This document shows positions 24,238 to 36,440 of a stretch of DNA of 64,000 nucleotides, piece after piece (position 1 is the stretch's first letter; each line of letters starts with the position of its first letter). Source of the stretch: Eledone cirrhosa (Eukaryota); contig OZ024744.1 of NCBI GenBank assembly GCA_964016885.1, forward strand, positions 61,380,001 to 61,444,000, in the 5' to 3' direction. The position numbers were made by a program, and so were the translations under genes. The notes beneath the pieces were generated by a model. That model was given only the letters and a program-made list of their open reading frames with translations. It was not told the origin of the DNA and made no database searches.

Positions 24238-24514
24238 TAGTGGCTGCCAATTCGTTTTCGAGTACAGCCACTACTTTATATCCATGTAGGAGAACCCCTA
24301 CCGATGCGCTGAACGAGTGTGACTTTTTAGTCCAGCCTGCGACTTGAAAACTCTGGTACAAACACTACACTTGTGACAATTACTGACACATAGTGCTGGG
24401 CCCATGGTACCATGTGACGACAAGTGCAGAGAGATCTCCAGATATAAAGCAATGCCTGTGCCGTGAAGCTTTTATAGTGAGCAAAGGCACTAAATTTCTT
24501 TTCTTTTACAACCT
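24238..24514 (+). other. Module C: ~277-bp hairpin-rich non-coding segment between (ACAT)n tracts (also at about 22331, 26434, 28650, 29099 and 31246)
   Basis: Contains several stem-loops. Its last 22 nt are identical to the start of the family B 3' UTR (24103-24124). Confidence 0.6.
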
Positions 24515-24531
24515 ACATACATACATACATA

Positions 24532-26137
24532 CTTCACCAATATCTGATGAGGACTGCTACAGATACCTGGGGATAGATGAGAACATATCCTATAATGGTA
24601 TCTGTAATAAAGAACGCGTAACCAGGGAATACTACACCCGATTAAGAAAGATCTGGTCATCGGAACTCTCTGCGCAAAACAAAACAGTGGCTCACAATGT
24701 GTTTGCTGTGCCTGTCCTAACACCAACGTTTGGAATACTCAATTGGACAATAGACGAAATCCGAGCAGTTGATGTTGGAACTCGAAAAATACTGAACAAC
24801 ACCGGAAACTTCCACATCAACAGTGACATAGACCGCCTTTACTTGAAACGTAAGCAGGGAGGCAGAGGCCTAACATCAGTCCAGACAACATTTGAATGTC
24901 GCATCATATCTCTCCGACAACATCTACGAACCTCGAAGCGTAGGAGCCCGCTTCTCGAGCAAGTCTATCTGCATGAAACAGATAAGATCATGAGAGTTGG
25001 GAAGGAACTCCTTGAGAGATATTCCCTGTGTGATAATCAAAAACTCACACCCAGGGATGTCACTCAGCAGTATCGCAGTGAATCCATGGATGAAAAACTG
25101 CATGCCTATCAGGAAAAAATCATGCATGGATATGTTGCCAGGAAGCTCCAGAGTGAGAGTAATATAGATAAGGAAAGTATTCTATCTTGGACCAACAACT
25201 GCTATATTGGCTCCCACTTTGAAGGATACGCTTTTGCAATCCAAGAACAGGAGATTAGCACGAAATACCTGATTCACAAAAGAGATAGGGATGCAGGCAA
25301 AACACCTAGATGTGATAACAAGTGCAGACTCTGCAGAACTAACATCGAGGATATCACCCATGTCATCAGCAGCTGCCCAAAGATGTCATCGCGGTACTAT
25401 CTACCTATGAGGCATGATGTAGTGGCCAAAACACTGTACAATGCAGTTCGTAAAAAAGATAGCCCCGATAATAAAGACATTAAAAGCTACAGCAATGTGG
25501 AAGACATCCATGTACATAATACGAAAGAGTACTGGTGGAATGTTCTAGTAAAAACCCCAATAAAATACAAGCATAACAGGCCAGATATTATGATATGGGA
25601 CAGAGAGAAGAAAGCATGCACAGTAGTGGAAATTAGCTGCCCAGCAGATGCCAATATAATATCAAAGATTAGTGAAAAGGAGAATATTTATGCAGAACTG
25701 ATGAGAAATCTGCAGATACTCCACCCTTATTACACCTTCAGATTTATGCCTGTGATTATTGGGGCACTGGGGTATGTTAGTAACTGCCTCAATACAAATC
25801 TTGAGAAGCTAGGCTTCACAGGAACAGAAAGAACACAACTAGTTAGGAAACTACAAGTACAATCCATTAATGGAACAGTAAAAATATGTAAAACATTCCA
25901 AACATTTTGCATCTAATAACTGCATATACACATGTACAGATACAAAGCATATACACATGCACACATACAACTCAAAACATACACATCCACACATACAATA
26001 ACATCCATATCTACACATGCATGCATACATATCTACCTAGTTGATGTGTAAATTCCAATGAGAGAGTCTTGTGTCTATGTTAGAAACCGACTCTCTCTCT
26101 ATTGGTAAAACTTTGTGAAATTATAAAACCAGAAGAA
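24532..26137 (+). mobile_element. RLE family A, unit 2 (open frame to 25916)
   Basis: Begins at YRYLGIDE (end of RT), followed by thumb, CCHC and RLE. Confidence 0.88.
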
Positions 26138-26731
26138 CATACATACATACATACATACATACCAAAGTATGACTGAACTTGGATTTGTGGACAAAAAGCG
26201 CAGCTCCCTAATTCATAGTCTACAAATGGCTGCGATAGCTGGCACCTTCAAAATTTGCAAAACATTCTTGCGATTCAAGGGATGACAATTTCTTTTCTTT
26301 TACAACCTTGCCACCAGGAAGGTGGCCGGTCAAAAAAAATATACTCTAAATTAAGAGAAAGAGATAACATACATACATACATACATACATACATACATAC
26401 ATACATACATACATACATACATACATACATACATAGTGGCTGCCAATTCGTTTTCGAGTACAGCCACTACTTTATATCCATGTAGGAGAACCCCTACCGA
26501 TGCGCTGAACGAGTGTGACTTTTTAGTCCAGCCTGCGACTTGAAAACTCTGGTACAAACACTACACTTGTGACAATTACTGACACATAGTGCTGGGCCCA
26601 TGGTACCATGTGACGACAAGTGCAGAGAGATCTCCAGATATAAAGCAATGCCTGTGCTGTGAAGCTTTTATAGTGAGCAAAGGCACTAAATTTCTTTTCT
26701 TTTACAACCTACATACATACATACATACATA

Positions 26732-28337
26732 CTTCACCGATATCTGATGAGGACTGCTACAGATACCTGGGGATAGATGAGAACATATCCTATAATGGTA
26801 TCTGTAATAAAGAACGCGTAACCAGGGAATACTACACCCGATTAAGAAAGATCTGGTCATCGGAACTCTCTGCGCAAAACAAAACAGTGGTTCACAATGT
26901 GTTTGCTGTGCCTGTCCTAACACCAACGTTTGGAATACTCAATTGGACAATAGACGAAATCCGAGCAGTTGATGTTGGAACTCGAAAAATACTGAACAAC
27001 ACCGGAAACTTCCACATCAACAGTGACATAGACCGCCTTTACTTGAAACGTAAGCAGGGAGGCAGAGGCCTAACATCAGTCCAGACAACATTTGAATGTC
27101 GCATCATATCTCTCCGACAACATCTACGAACCTCGAAGCGTAGGAGCCCGCTTCTCGAGCAAGTCTATCTGCATGAAACAGATAAGATCATGAGAGTTGG
27201 GAAGGAACTCCTTGAGAGATATTCCCTGTGTGATAATCAAAAACTCACACCCAGGGATGTCATTCAGCAGTATCGCAGTGAATCCATGGATGAAAAACTG
27301 GATGCCTATCAGGAAAAAATCATGCATGGATATGTTGCCAGGAAGCTCCAGAGTGAGAGTAATATAGATAAGGAAAGTATTCTATCTTGGACCAACAACT
27401 GCTATATTGGCTCCCACTTTGAAGGATATGCTTTTGCAATCCAAGAACAGGAGATTAGCACGAAATACCTGATTCACAAAAGAGATAGGGATGCAGGCAA
27501 AACACCTAGATGTGATAACAAGTGCAGACTCTGCAGAACTAACATCGAGGATATCACCCATGTCATCAGCAGCTGCCCAAAGATGTCATCGCGGTACTAT
27601 CTACCTATGAGGCATGATGTAGTGGCCAAAACACTGTACAATGCAGTTCGTAAAAAAGATAGCCCCGATAATATAGACATTAAAAGCTACAGCAATGTGG
27701 AAGACATCCATGTACATAATACGAAAGAGTACTGGTGGAATGTTCTAGTAAAAACCCCAATAAAATACAAGCATAACAGGCCAGATATTATGATATGGGA
27801 CAGAGAGAAGAAAGCATGCACAGTAGTGGAAATTAGCTGCCCAGCAGATGCCAATATAATATCAAAGATTAGTGAAAAGGAGAATATTTATGCAGAACTG
27901 ATGAGAAATCTGCAGATACTCCACCCTTATTACACCTTCAGATTTATGCCTGTGATTATTGGGGCACTGGGGTATGTTAGTAACTGCCTCAATACAAATC
28001 TTGAGAAGCTAGGCTTCACAGGAACAGAAAGAACACAACTAGTTAGGAAACTACAAGTACAATCCATTAATGGAACAGTAAAAATATGTAAAACATTCCA
28101 AACATTTTGCATCTAATAACTGCATATACACATGTACAGATACAAAGCATATACACATGCACACATACAACTCAAAACATACACATCCACACATACAATA
28201 ACATCCATATCTACACATGCATGCATACATATCTACCTAGTTGATGTGTAAATTCCAATGAGAGAGTCTTGTGTCTATGTTAGAAACCGACTCTCTCTCT
28301 ATTGGTAAAACTTTGTGAAATTATAAAACCAGAAGAA
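26732..28337 (+). mobile_element. RLE family A, unit 3 (open frame to 28116)
   Basis: Near-identical to unit 2. Confidence 0.88.
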
Positions 28338-29396
28338 CATACATACATACATACATACATACCAAAGTATGACTGAACTTGGATTTGTGGACAAAAAGCG
28401 CAGCTCCCTAATTCATAGTCTACAAATGGCTGCGATAGCTGGCACCTTCAAAATTTGCAAAACATTCTTGCGATTCAAGGGATGACAATTTCTTTTCTTT
28501 TACAACCTTGCCACCAGGAAGGTGGCCGGTCAAAAAAAATATACTCTAAATTAAGAGAAAGAGATAACATACATACATACATACATACATACATACATAC
28601 ATACATACATACATACATACATACATACATACATACATACATACATACATAGTGGCTGCCAATTCGTTTTCGAGTACAGCCACTACTTTATATCCATGTA
28701 GGAGAACCCCTACCGATGCGCTGAACGAGTGTGACTTTTTAGTCCAGCCTGCGACTTGAAAACTCTGGTACAAACACTACACTTGTGACAATTACTGACA
28801 CATAGTGCTGGGCCCATGGTACCATGTGACGACAAGTGCAGAGAGATCTCCAGATATAAAGCAATGCCTGTGCCGTGAAGCTTTTATAGTGAGCAAAGGC
28901 ACTAAATTTCTTTTCTTTTACAACCTACATACATACATACATACATACTTCACCGATATCTGATGAGGACTGCTACAGATACCTGGGGATAGATGAGAAC
29001 ATATCCTATAATGGTATCTGTAATAAAGAACGCGTACATACATACATACATACATACATACATACATACATACATACATACATACATACATACATACATA
29101 GTGGCTGCCAATTCGTTTTCGAGTACAGCCACTACTTTATATCCATGTAGGAGAACCCCTACCGATGCGCTGAACGAGTGTGACTTTTTAGTCCAGCCTG
29201 CGACTTGAAAACTCTGGTACAAACACTACACTTGTGACAATTACTGACACATAGTGCTGGGCCCATGGTACCATGTGACGACAAGTGCAGAGAGATCTCC
29301 AGATATAAAGCAATGCCTGTGCCGTGAAGCTTTTATAGTGAGCAAAGGCACTAAATTTCTTTTCTTTTACAACCTACATACATACATACATACATA

Positions 29397-31002
29397 CTTC
29401 ACCGATATCTGATGAGGACTGCTACAGATACCTGGGGATAGATGAGAACATATCCTATAATGGTATCTGTAATAAAGAACGCGTAACCAGGGAATACTAC
29501 ACCCGATTAAGAAAGATCTGGTCATCGGAACTCTCTGCGCAAAACAAAACAGTGGCTCACAATGTGTTTGCTGTGCCTGTCCTAACACCAACGTTTGGAA
29601 TACTCAATTGGACAATAGACGAAATCCGAGCAGTTGATGTTGGAACTCGAAAAATACTGAACAACACCGGAAACTTCCACATCAACAGTGACATAGACCG
29701 CCTTTACTTGAAACGTAAGCAGGGAGGCAGAGGCCTAACATCAGTCCAGACAACATTTGAATGTCGCATCATATCTCTCCGACAACATCTACGAACCTCG
29801 AAGCGTAGGAGCCCGCTTCTCGAGCAAGTCTATCTGCATGAAACAGATAAGATCATGAGAGTTGGGAAGGAACTCCTTGAGAGATATTCCCTGTGTGATA
29901 ATCAAAAACTCACACCCAGGGATGTCATTCAGCAGTATCGCAGTGAATCCATGGATGAAAAACTGCATGCCTATCAGGAAAAAATCATGCATGGATATGT
30001 TGCCAGGAAGCTCCAGAGTGAGAGTAATATAGATAAGGAAAGTATTCTATCTTGGACCAACAACTGCTATATTGGCTCCCACTTTGAAGGATACGCTTTT
30101 GCAATCCAAGAACAGGAGATTAGCACGAAATACCTGATTCACAAAAGAGATAGGGATGCAGGCAAAACACCTAGATGTGATAACAAGTGCAGACTCTGCA
30201 GAACTAACATCGAGGATATCACCCATGTCATCAGCAGCTGCCCAAAGATGTCATCGCGGTACTATCTACCTATGAGGCATGATGTAGTGGCCAAAACACT
30301 GTACAATGCAGTTCGTAAAAAAGATAGCCCCGATAATAAAGACATTAAAAGCTACAGCAATGTGGAAGACATCCATGTACATAATACGAAAGAGTACTGG
30401 TGGAATGTTCTAGTAAAAACCCCAATAAAATACAAGCATAACAGGCCAGATATTATGATATGGGACAGAGAGAAGAAAGCATGCACAGTAGTGGAAATTA
30501 GCTGCCCAGCAGATGCCAATATAATATCAAAGATTAGTGAAAAGGAGAATATTTATGCAGAACTGATGAGAAATCTGCAGATACTCCACCCTTATTACAC
30601 CTTCAGATTTATGCCTGTGATTATTGGGGCACTGGGGTATGTTAGTAACTGCCTCAATACAAATCTTGAGAAGCTAGGCTTCACAGGAACAGAAAGAACA
30701 CAACTAGTTAGGAAACTACAAGTACAATCCATTAATGGAACAGTAAAAATATGTAAAACATTCCAAACATTTTGCATCTAATAACTGCATATACACATGT
30801 ACAGATACAAAGCATATACACATGCACACATACAACTCAAAACATACACATCCACACATACAATAACATCCATATCTACACATGCATGCATACATATCTA
30901 CCTAGTTGATGTGTAAATTCCAATGAGAGAGTCTTGTGTCTATGTTAGAAACCGACTCTCTCTCTATTGGTAAAACTTTGTGAAATTATAAAACCAGAAG
31001 AA
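29397..31002 (+). mobile_element. RLE family A, unit 4 (open frame to 30781)
   Basis: Near-identical to unit 2. Confidence 0.88.
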
Positions 31003-31539
31003 CATACATACATACATACATACATACCAAAGTATGACTGAACTTGGATTTGTGGACAAAAAGCGCAGCTCCCTAATTCATAGTCTACAAATGGCTGCGA
31101 TAGCTGGCACCTTCAAAATTTGCAAAACATTCTTGCGATTCAAGGGATGACAATTTCTTTTCTTTTACAACCTTGCCACCAGGAAGGTGGCCGGTCAAAA
31201 AAATATACTCGAAATTAAGAGAAAGAGAAAACATACATACATACATGGTGGCTGCCAACTCGTTTTCGAGTACAGCCACTACTTTATATCCATGTAGGAG
31301 AACCCCTACCGATGCGCTGAACGAGTGTGACTTTTTAGTCCAGCCTGCGACTTGAAAACTCTGGTACAAACACTACACTTGTGACAATTACTGACACATA
31401 GTGCTGGGCCCATGGTACCATGTGACGACAAGTGCAGAGAGATCTCCAGATATAAAGCAATGCCTGTGCCGTGAAGCTTTTATAGTGAGCAAAGGCACTA
31501 AATTTCTTTTCTTTTACAACCTACATACATACATACATA

Positions 31540-33160
31540 CTTCACCGATATCTGATGAGGACTGCTACAGATACCTGGGGATAGATGAGAACATATCCTA
31601 TAATGGTATCTGTAATAAAGAACGCGTAACCAGGGAATACTACACCCGATTAAGAAAGATCTGGTCATCGGAACTCTCTGCGCAAAAAAAAACAGTGGCT
31701 CACAATGTGTTTGCTGTGCCTGTCCTAACACCAACGTTTGGAATACTCAATTGGACAATAGACGAAATCCGAGCAGTTGATGTTGGAACTCGAAAAATAC
31801 TGAACAACACCGGAAACTTCCACATCAACAGTGACATAGACCGCCTTTACTTGAAACGTAAGCAGGGAGGCAGAGGCCTAACATCAGTCCAGACAACATT
31901 TGAATGTCGCATCATATCTCTCCGACAACATCTACGAACCTCGAAGCGTAGGAGCCCGCTTCTCGAGCAAGTCTATCTGCATGAAACAGATAAGATCATG
32001 AGAGTTGGGAAGGAACTCCTTGAGAGATATTCCCTGTGTGATAATCAAAAACTCACACCCAGGGATGTCACTCAGCAGTATCGCAGTGAATCCATGGATG
32101 AAAAACTGCATGCCTATCAGGAAAAAATCATGCATGGATATGTTGCCAGGAAGCTCCAGAGTGAGAGTAATATAGATAAGGAAAGTAGTCTATCTTGGAC
32201 CAACAACTGCTATATTGGCTCCCACTTTGAAGGATACGTTTTTGCAATCCAAGAACAGGAGATTAGCACGAAATACCTGATTCACAAAAGAGATAGGGAT
32301 GCAGGCAAAACACCTAGATGTGATAACAAGTGCAGACTCTGCAGAACTAACATCGAGGATATCACCCATGTCATCAGCAGCTGCCCAAAGATGTCATCGC
32401 GGTACTATCTACCTATGAGGCATGATGTAGTGGCCAAAACACTGTACAATGCAGTTCGTAAAAAAGATAGCCCTGATAATAAACACATTAAAAGCTACAA
32501 CAATGTGGAAGACATCCATGTACATAATATGAAAGAGTACTGGTGGAATGTTCCAGTAAAAACCCCAATAAAATGCAGGCATAACAGACCAGATATTATG
32601 ATATGGGACAGAGAGAAGAAAACATGCACAGTAGTGGAAATTAGCTGCCCAGCAGATGCCAATATAATATCAAAGATTAGTGAAAAGGAGAATATTTATG
32701 CAGAACTGATGAGAAATCTGCAGATACTCCACCCTGATTACACCTTCAGATTTATGCCTGTGATTATTGGGGCACTGGGGTATGTTAGTAACTGCCTCAA
32801 TACAAATCTTGAGAAGCTAGGCTTCACAGGAACAGAAAGAACACAACTAGTTAGGAAATTACAAGTACAATCAATTAATGGAACAGTAAAAAATATGTAA
32901 AACATTCCAAAAATTTTGCATCTAATAACTGCATATACACATGTACAGATAAAAAGCATATACACATGCACACATACAACTCAAAACATACACATCCACA
33001 CATACAATAACATCCATATCTACATATGCATGCATGCAGACATACATACATATCTACCTAGTTGATGTTGTGTAAATTCCAATGAGAGAGTCTTGTGTCT
33101 ATGTTAGAAACCGACTCTCTCTCTATTGGTAAAACTTTGTGAAATTATAAAACCAGAAGA
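31540..33160 (+). mobile_element. RLE family A, unit 5 (diverged 3' half, terminal frameshift)
   Basis: ORF 31401-32900. Its 3' variants are shared with the copy at 61.5-64 kb. Confidence 0.88.
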
Positions 33161-33264
33161 ACATACATACATACATACATACATACATACATACATACAT
33201 ACATACATACATACATACATACATACATACATACATACATACATACATACATACATACATACAT
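33161..33264 (+). repeat. (ACAT)n microsatellite, about 26 units
   Basis: Read directly from the sequence. Confidence 0.97.
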
Positions 33265-34472
33265 AGGATGTTGTAGAGATTAGCTGCCCACTTGAAGTAA
33301 ACGTTGTAAGAAAAATACAAGTGAAGGAGGACATCTACGGACTTTAGCAGAAAATATATATAATGTATAATAGATATATCAACACGAATAATAATAATGT
33401 TTCTACTTTTGGCACAAGGCCAGCAATTACCCAGTGCATTACTGGTACTTTGTTTTATCGACCTCTGTAAAGTTAACCTCGGCGGGATTTGAACTCAGAT
33501 CGAAAAGGGGCGTAACTATATCCGACCCTCTACCGATACTGCCAATTCACGAATAATAATAATTGTTTCTACTTTAGGCACAAGGCCAGCAATTACCCAG
33601 TACATTACCGGTACTTTATTTTATCGACCCCGTAAGGATGAAAGGCAAAGTTAACCTCGGTGGGATTTGAACTCAGACTGTAAAGGGACGTAACTATGCT
33701 AGAAAACATGGCGTCCAACCCTCTACCGATACTGCCAATAATAATAATGATGTGTATTTGTTGTAACAGGAAAGGTGTGGTTTTGTTAAACGTGAGATTA
33801 GTGAATGTTTGTGGAATTAGTTGTAATGTCTCCGTTTTACATGTTTTATTTACAGCTAACTACAAAGAGTTAAGTTGAGTTGACATGTCAAAGTAAAGAA
33901 CAAACATAATTAATAATTAAGAAGTGAATGTGGCATTGTGCCAGGCCAAAAGCGGCCGACAGGCCAAAGTGAAAGTCTCACCGTTACATTATTGTGTATT
34001 GACCTTTCAGAGTCCAAGCAGCAAGAGAAAGATTTATGAATCTCTGCGGGAATTTTTCCCTCTGGGGCGGAAGTCGAGATACATTCGCCTACGCTGTCGA
34101 TTGACTGAACTGAGCCAAACAACGCACAGAGAATGTATCCATCAGCCCTCAGAATGTAGGTCACTACAGGACCATTGATGAGGAGTTTGCAGATCCAGTA
34201 TCCAATACACCTTCAACTTCATACCCATCATTGTTGGAGCTACAGGTTATATTCCAACCTGCTTGGAAGTATAACTGAACTTGGATTTGTGGACAAAGAG
34301 TGCAGCTCCCTAATTCATAGACTACAAATGGCTGCAATAGGTGGCACCTTCAAAATTTGCAAAACATTCTTGCAATTCAAGGGATGACAATTTCTTTTCT
34401 TTTACAACCTTGCCACCAGGAAGGTGGCCGGTCAAAAATGTACTCGAAATTAAGAGAATGAGAAACATAGAT
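33265..34472 (+). mobile_element. Longer RLE family B fragment split by an ~820-bp insertion
   Basis: VVEISCPLEVNVVRKIQVKEDIYG at 33268-33341 resumes at about 34169 as GPLMRSLQIQYP..FIPIIVGATGY..GTFKICKTFLQFKG*. It ends in ACATAGATACATACATAC. Confidence 0.75.
33398..33738 (-). mobile_element. Two tandem SINE S1 copies separated and flanked by (AAT)n
   Basis: 33398-33550 and 33563-33738 both match 10391-10579. Confidence 0.75.
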
Positions 34473-35470
34473 ACATACATACATACTTGGTTTTTTTTTT
34501 GGTTTTTTTTGCAAGATTATTGATGTGAAATCATGTATAAAATCAAATCATGTATAAAATCAAATATTGTTATACTAGGGTCATGCTGCCAATAAAAACA
34601 CACAAACACACCAGTTGAGTTTCACTTCAGTTTATTGTTGGTTAAGTAACTATAACAAGTTTTCTTGTTTGTTTGCTGCTGAGGAAAAGATTACTTATAC
34701 TTTTCGTTGTAGACAAAATCCATGTGGAATGTTGTAGAAAAAATGTAGAAAAAATCCATGTGGAATGTTGTTAGAGGAATTTTTTCTTTTTGAAATACTG
34801 CTAATTAATTTTCTTTTTTTCATATTCACACAACACCAGATCCTATTATTTTTTTCTCGGGGTCACCAATTATAACAGGACACTGGGTTGTATGTACAAT
34901 GTTTATTTAACAAGGTTGAGCTATGTAGAGCAGAATAGTTGACATGCCAAGAGAGATGAAAGGATGAATTAAAGTTAGTTGTTTACCGTTTTGAAGTCAG
35001 CACACAAGAGACCAAGAGGTCTTTACATTACCATGTTCAGGTTGCCAGAGAGTATAGCCTCGGCAGGTTAAAAGAGAGGGAGATAGCTTTCAGCTCTCTC
35101 ATTTTATAGTACCCTGGACGGAAGTTCCTAAGAAGGTTCTGCCACCCCAACGGGAAGTAACTCCAGCTACTTCCTGTCTAGAGAACGCTACTGGTGATGT
35201 GATCGTCATAACAAGGGAGGCAACTCTTGCTACATAACTAATCAATTGATGGAGTAAATAGAACAAGATCAGAATAAAGAGGAGACACAGAGGAGCAAGA
35301 ATAGTCATTGAGAGCTTTGATAATTAAATATGACAATTAAACAACCATCCAGTTACTAAACTAACCAATGAATTGATTAGGTTCTTAACTAACAATAAAC
35401 CGAAGTGAATCTCATTGGTGTGTGTGTTTTTATTGGCAACATGACCCTCCCAAAATATAATATATATATA

Positions 35471-36440
35471 TCATCATCATCATTTAATGTCTATTTTCCA
35501 TGCTAGCATGGGTAGGACAGGCTGACCCTTTAGGAGAGACTAGGTCAGAGGACCATGTTTCGCTCACCCAGGGTTGATTATGGCTTGGTTTCTACAGCTG
35601 CATGCCCTTCCTAACGCCAACCACATTTGCAGTGTATGCTGGGTGCTTTTTGTCATGTCACATGACTACTTTACAGCGTGGAATATATATTCATTCATTC
35701 ATTTCATTTTACGTCCACTTTTCCTTGCTTGCAAAGGTGGGACGGGAACTGATTCTGGCTTGATTTCTACAGCTGGATGCCCTTCCTAACACCAACCTTA
35801 TTTACAGTGAGTGCTGGGTGCTTTTTTCCGTGGCGCCTACACGTCCACTTTACAGTGAGTGCTGGGTGCTTTTTTGCCGTAGCACCTCCACAACCACTTT
35901 GCAGTGGAATGATAGGGACCCCAGTCCCTATCATCTCATTTCTACAGCTGAGTAAACTGGAGCAATGTGAAATAAAGTGTCTTGCTCAAGGAAACAACAC
36001 ATTACCCGGTCTGAGAATTGAACTCACAACCTTTCGATTGCAAGGCCAATGCTCTAACCACTAAGCCATGTGCCTTCATATATATATAATCATCATCATC
36101 ATTTAATGTCCATTTTTCCACGCTTGCATTGTCCCATTGTGAGACAAGTCAGATCAGATGACCGTGTCTTGCTCACAGAACTGTTTCTGGTTTGGTTTCT
36201 ATGGTTGGATGCGCTTCCTAATGCCAACATTTACAGTGTGCACTAGGTGCTAGTTACTGTTGCACCGAAAATGATCACTTTATTGCATAGAAGGGACATT
36301 TTTTGTGACACCAGCATGACTACTTTACAGTGTGGGCTGGGTGTTTTTTGTCATGTTACCAACAAGACTACTTTAAAGTGTCATGGCGCCAAGATGACCA
36401 CTTAACAGTGTAGACTGTGTGCCTTTTTTCATGGCACTGT
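35471..36440 (-). mobile_element. Cluster of RTE-3'-UTR-type repeats (about three copies)
   Basis: Reverse complement of the core (TTTCTACAGCTGGATGCCCTTCCTAACRCCAACC) with (CAT)n or (CATT)n tails. Confidence 0.65.
35945..36079 (-). mobile_element. tRNA-derived SINE head, second family
   Basis: The minus strand has TGGCTTAGTGGTTAGAGCA (A box) and GAGTTCAATTC (B box), followed by CCTTGAGCAAGACACTT, which resembles the central domain shared by many SINE superfamilies. Confidence 0.7.

Larger units (their letters stand above)
22308..34487 (+). repeat. Tandem array of five ~2.2 kb composite units (module C, RLE element A, RLE element B fragment), separated by (ACAT)n
   Basis: Near-identical ORFs end at 23732, 25916, 28116, 30781 and about 32924. 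An extra partial unit lies at about 28650-29036. Confidence 0.95.

Noticed and set aside
35990-36079. Functional tRNA gene
   Set aside because: A and B boxes are present, but there is no intact acceptor stem and the sequence continues into a SINE body.
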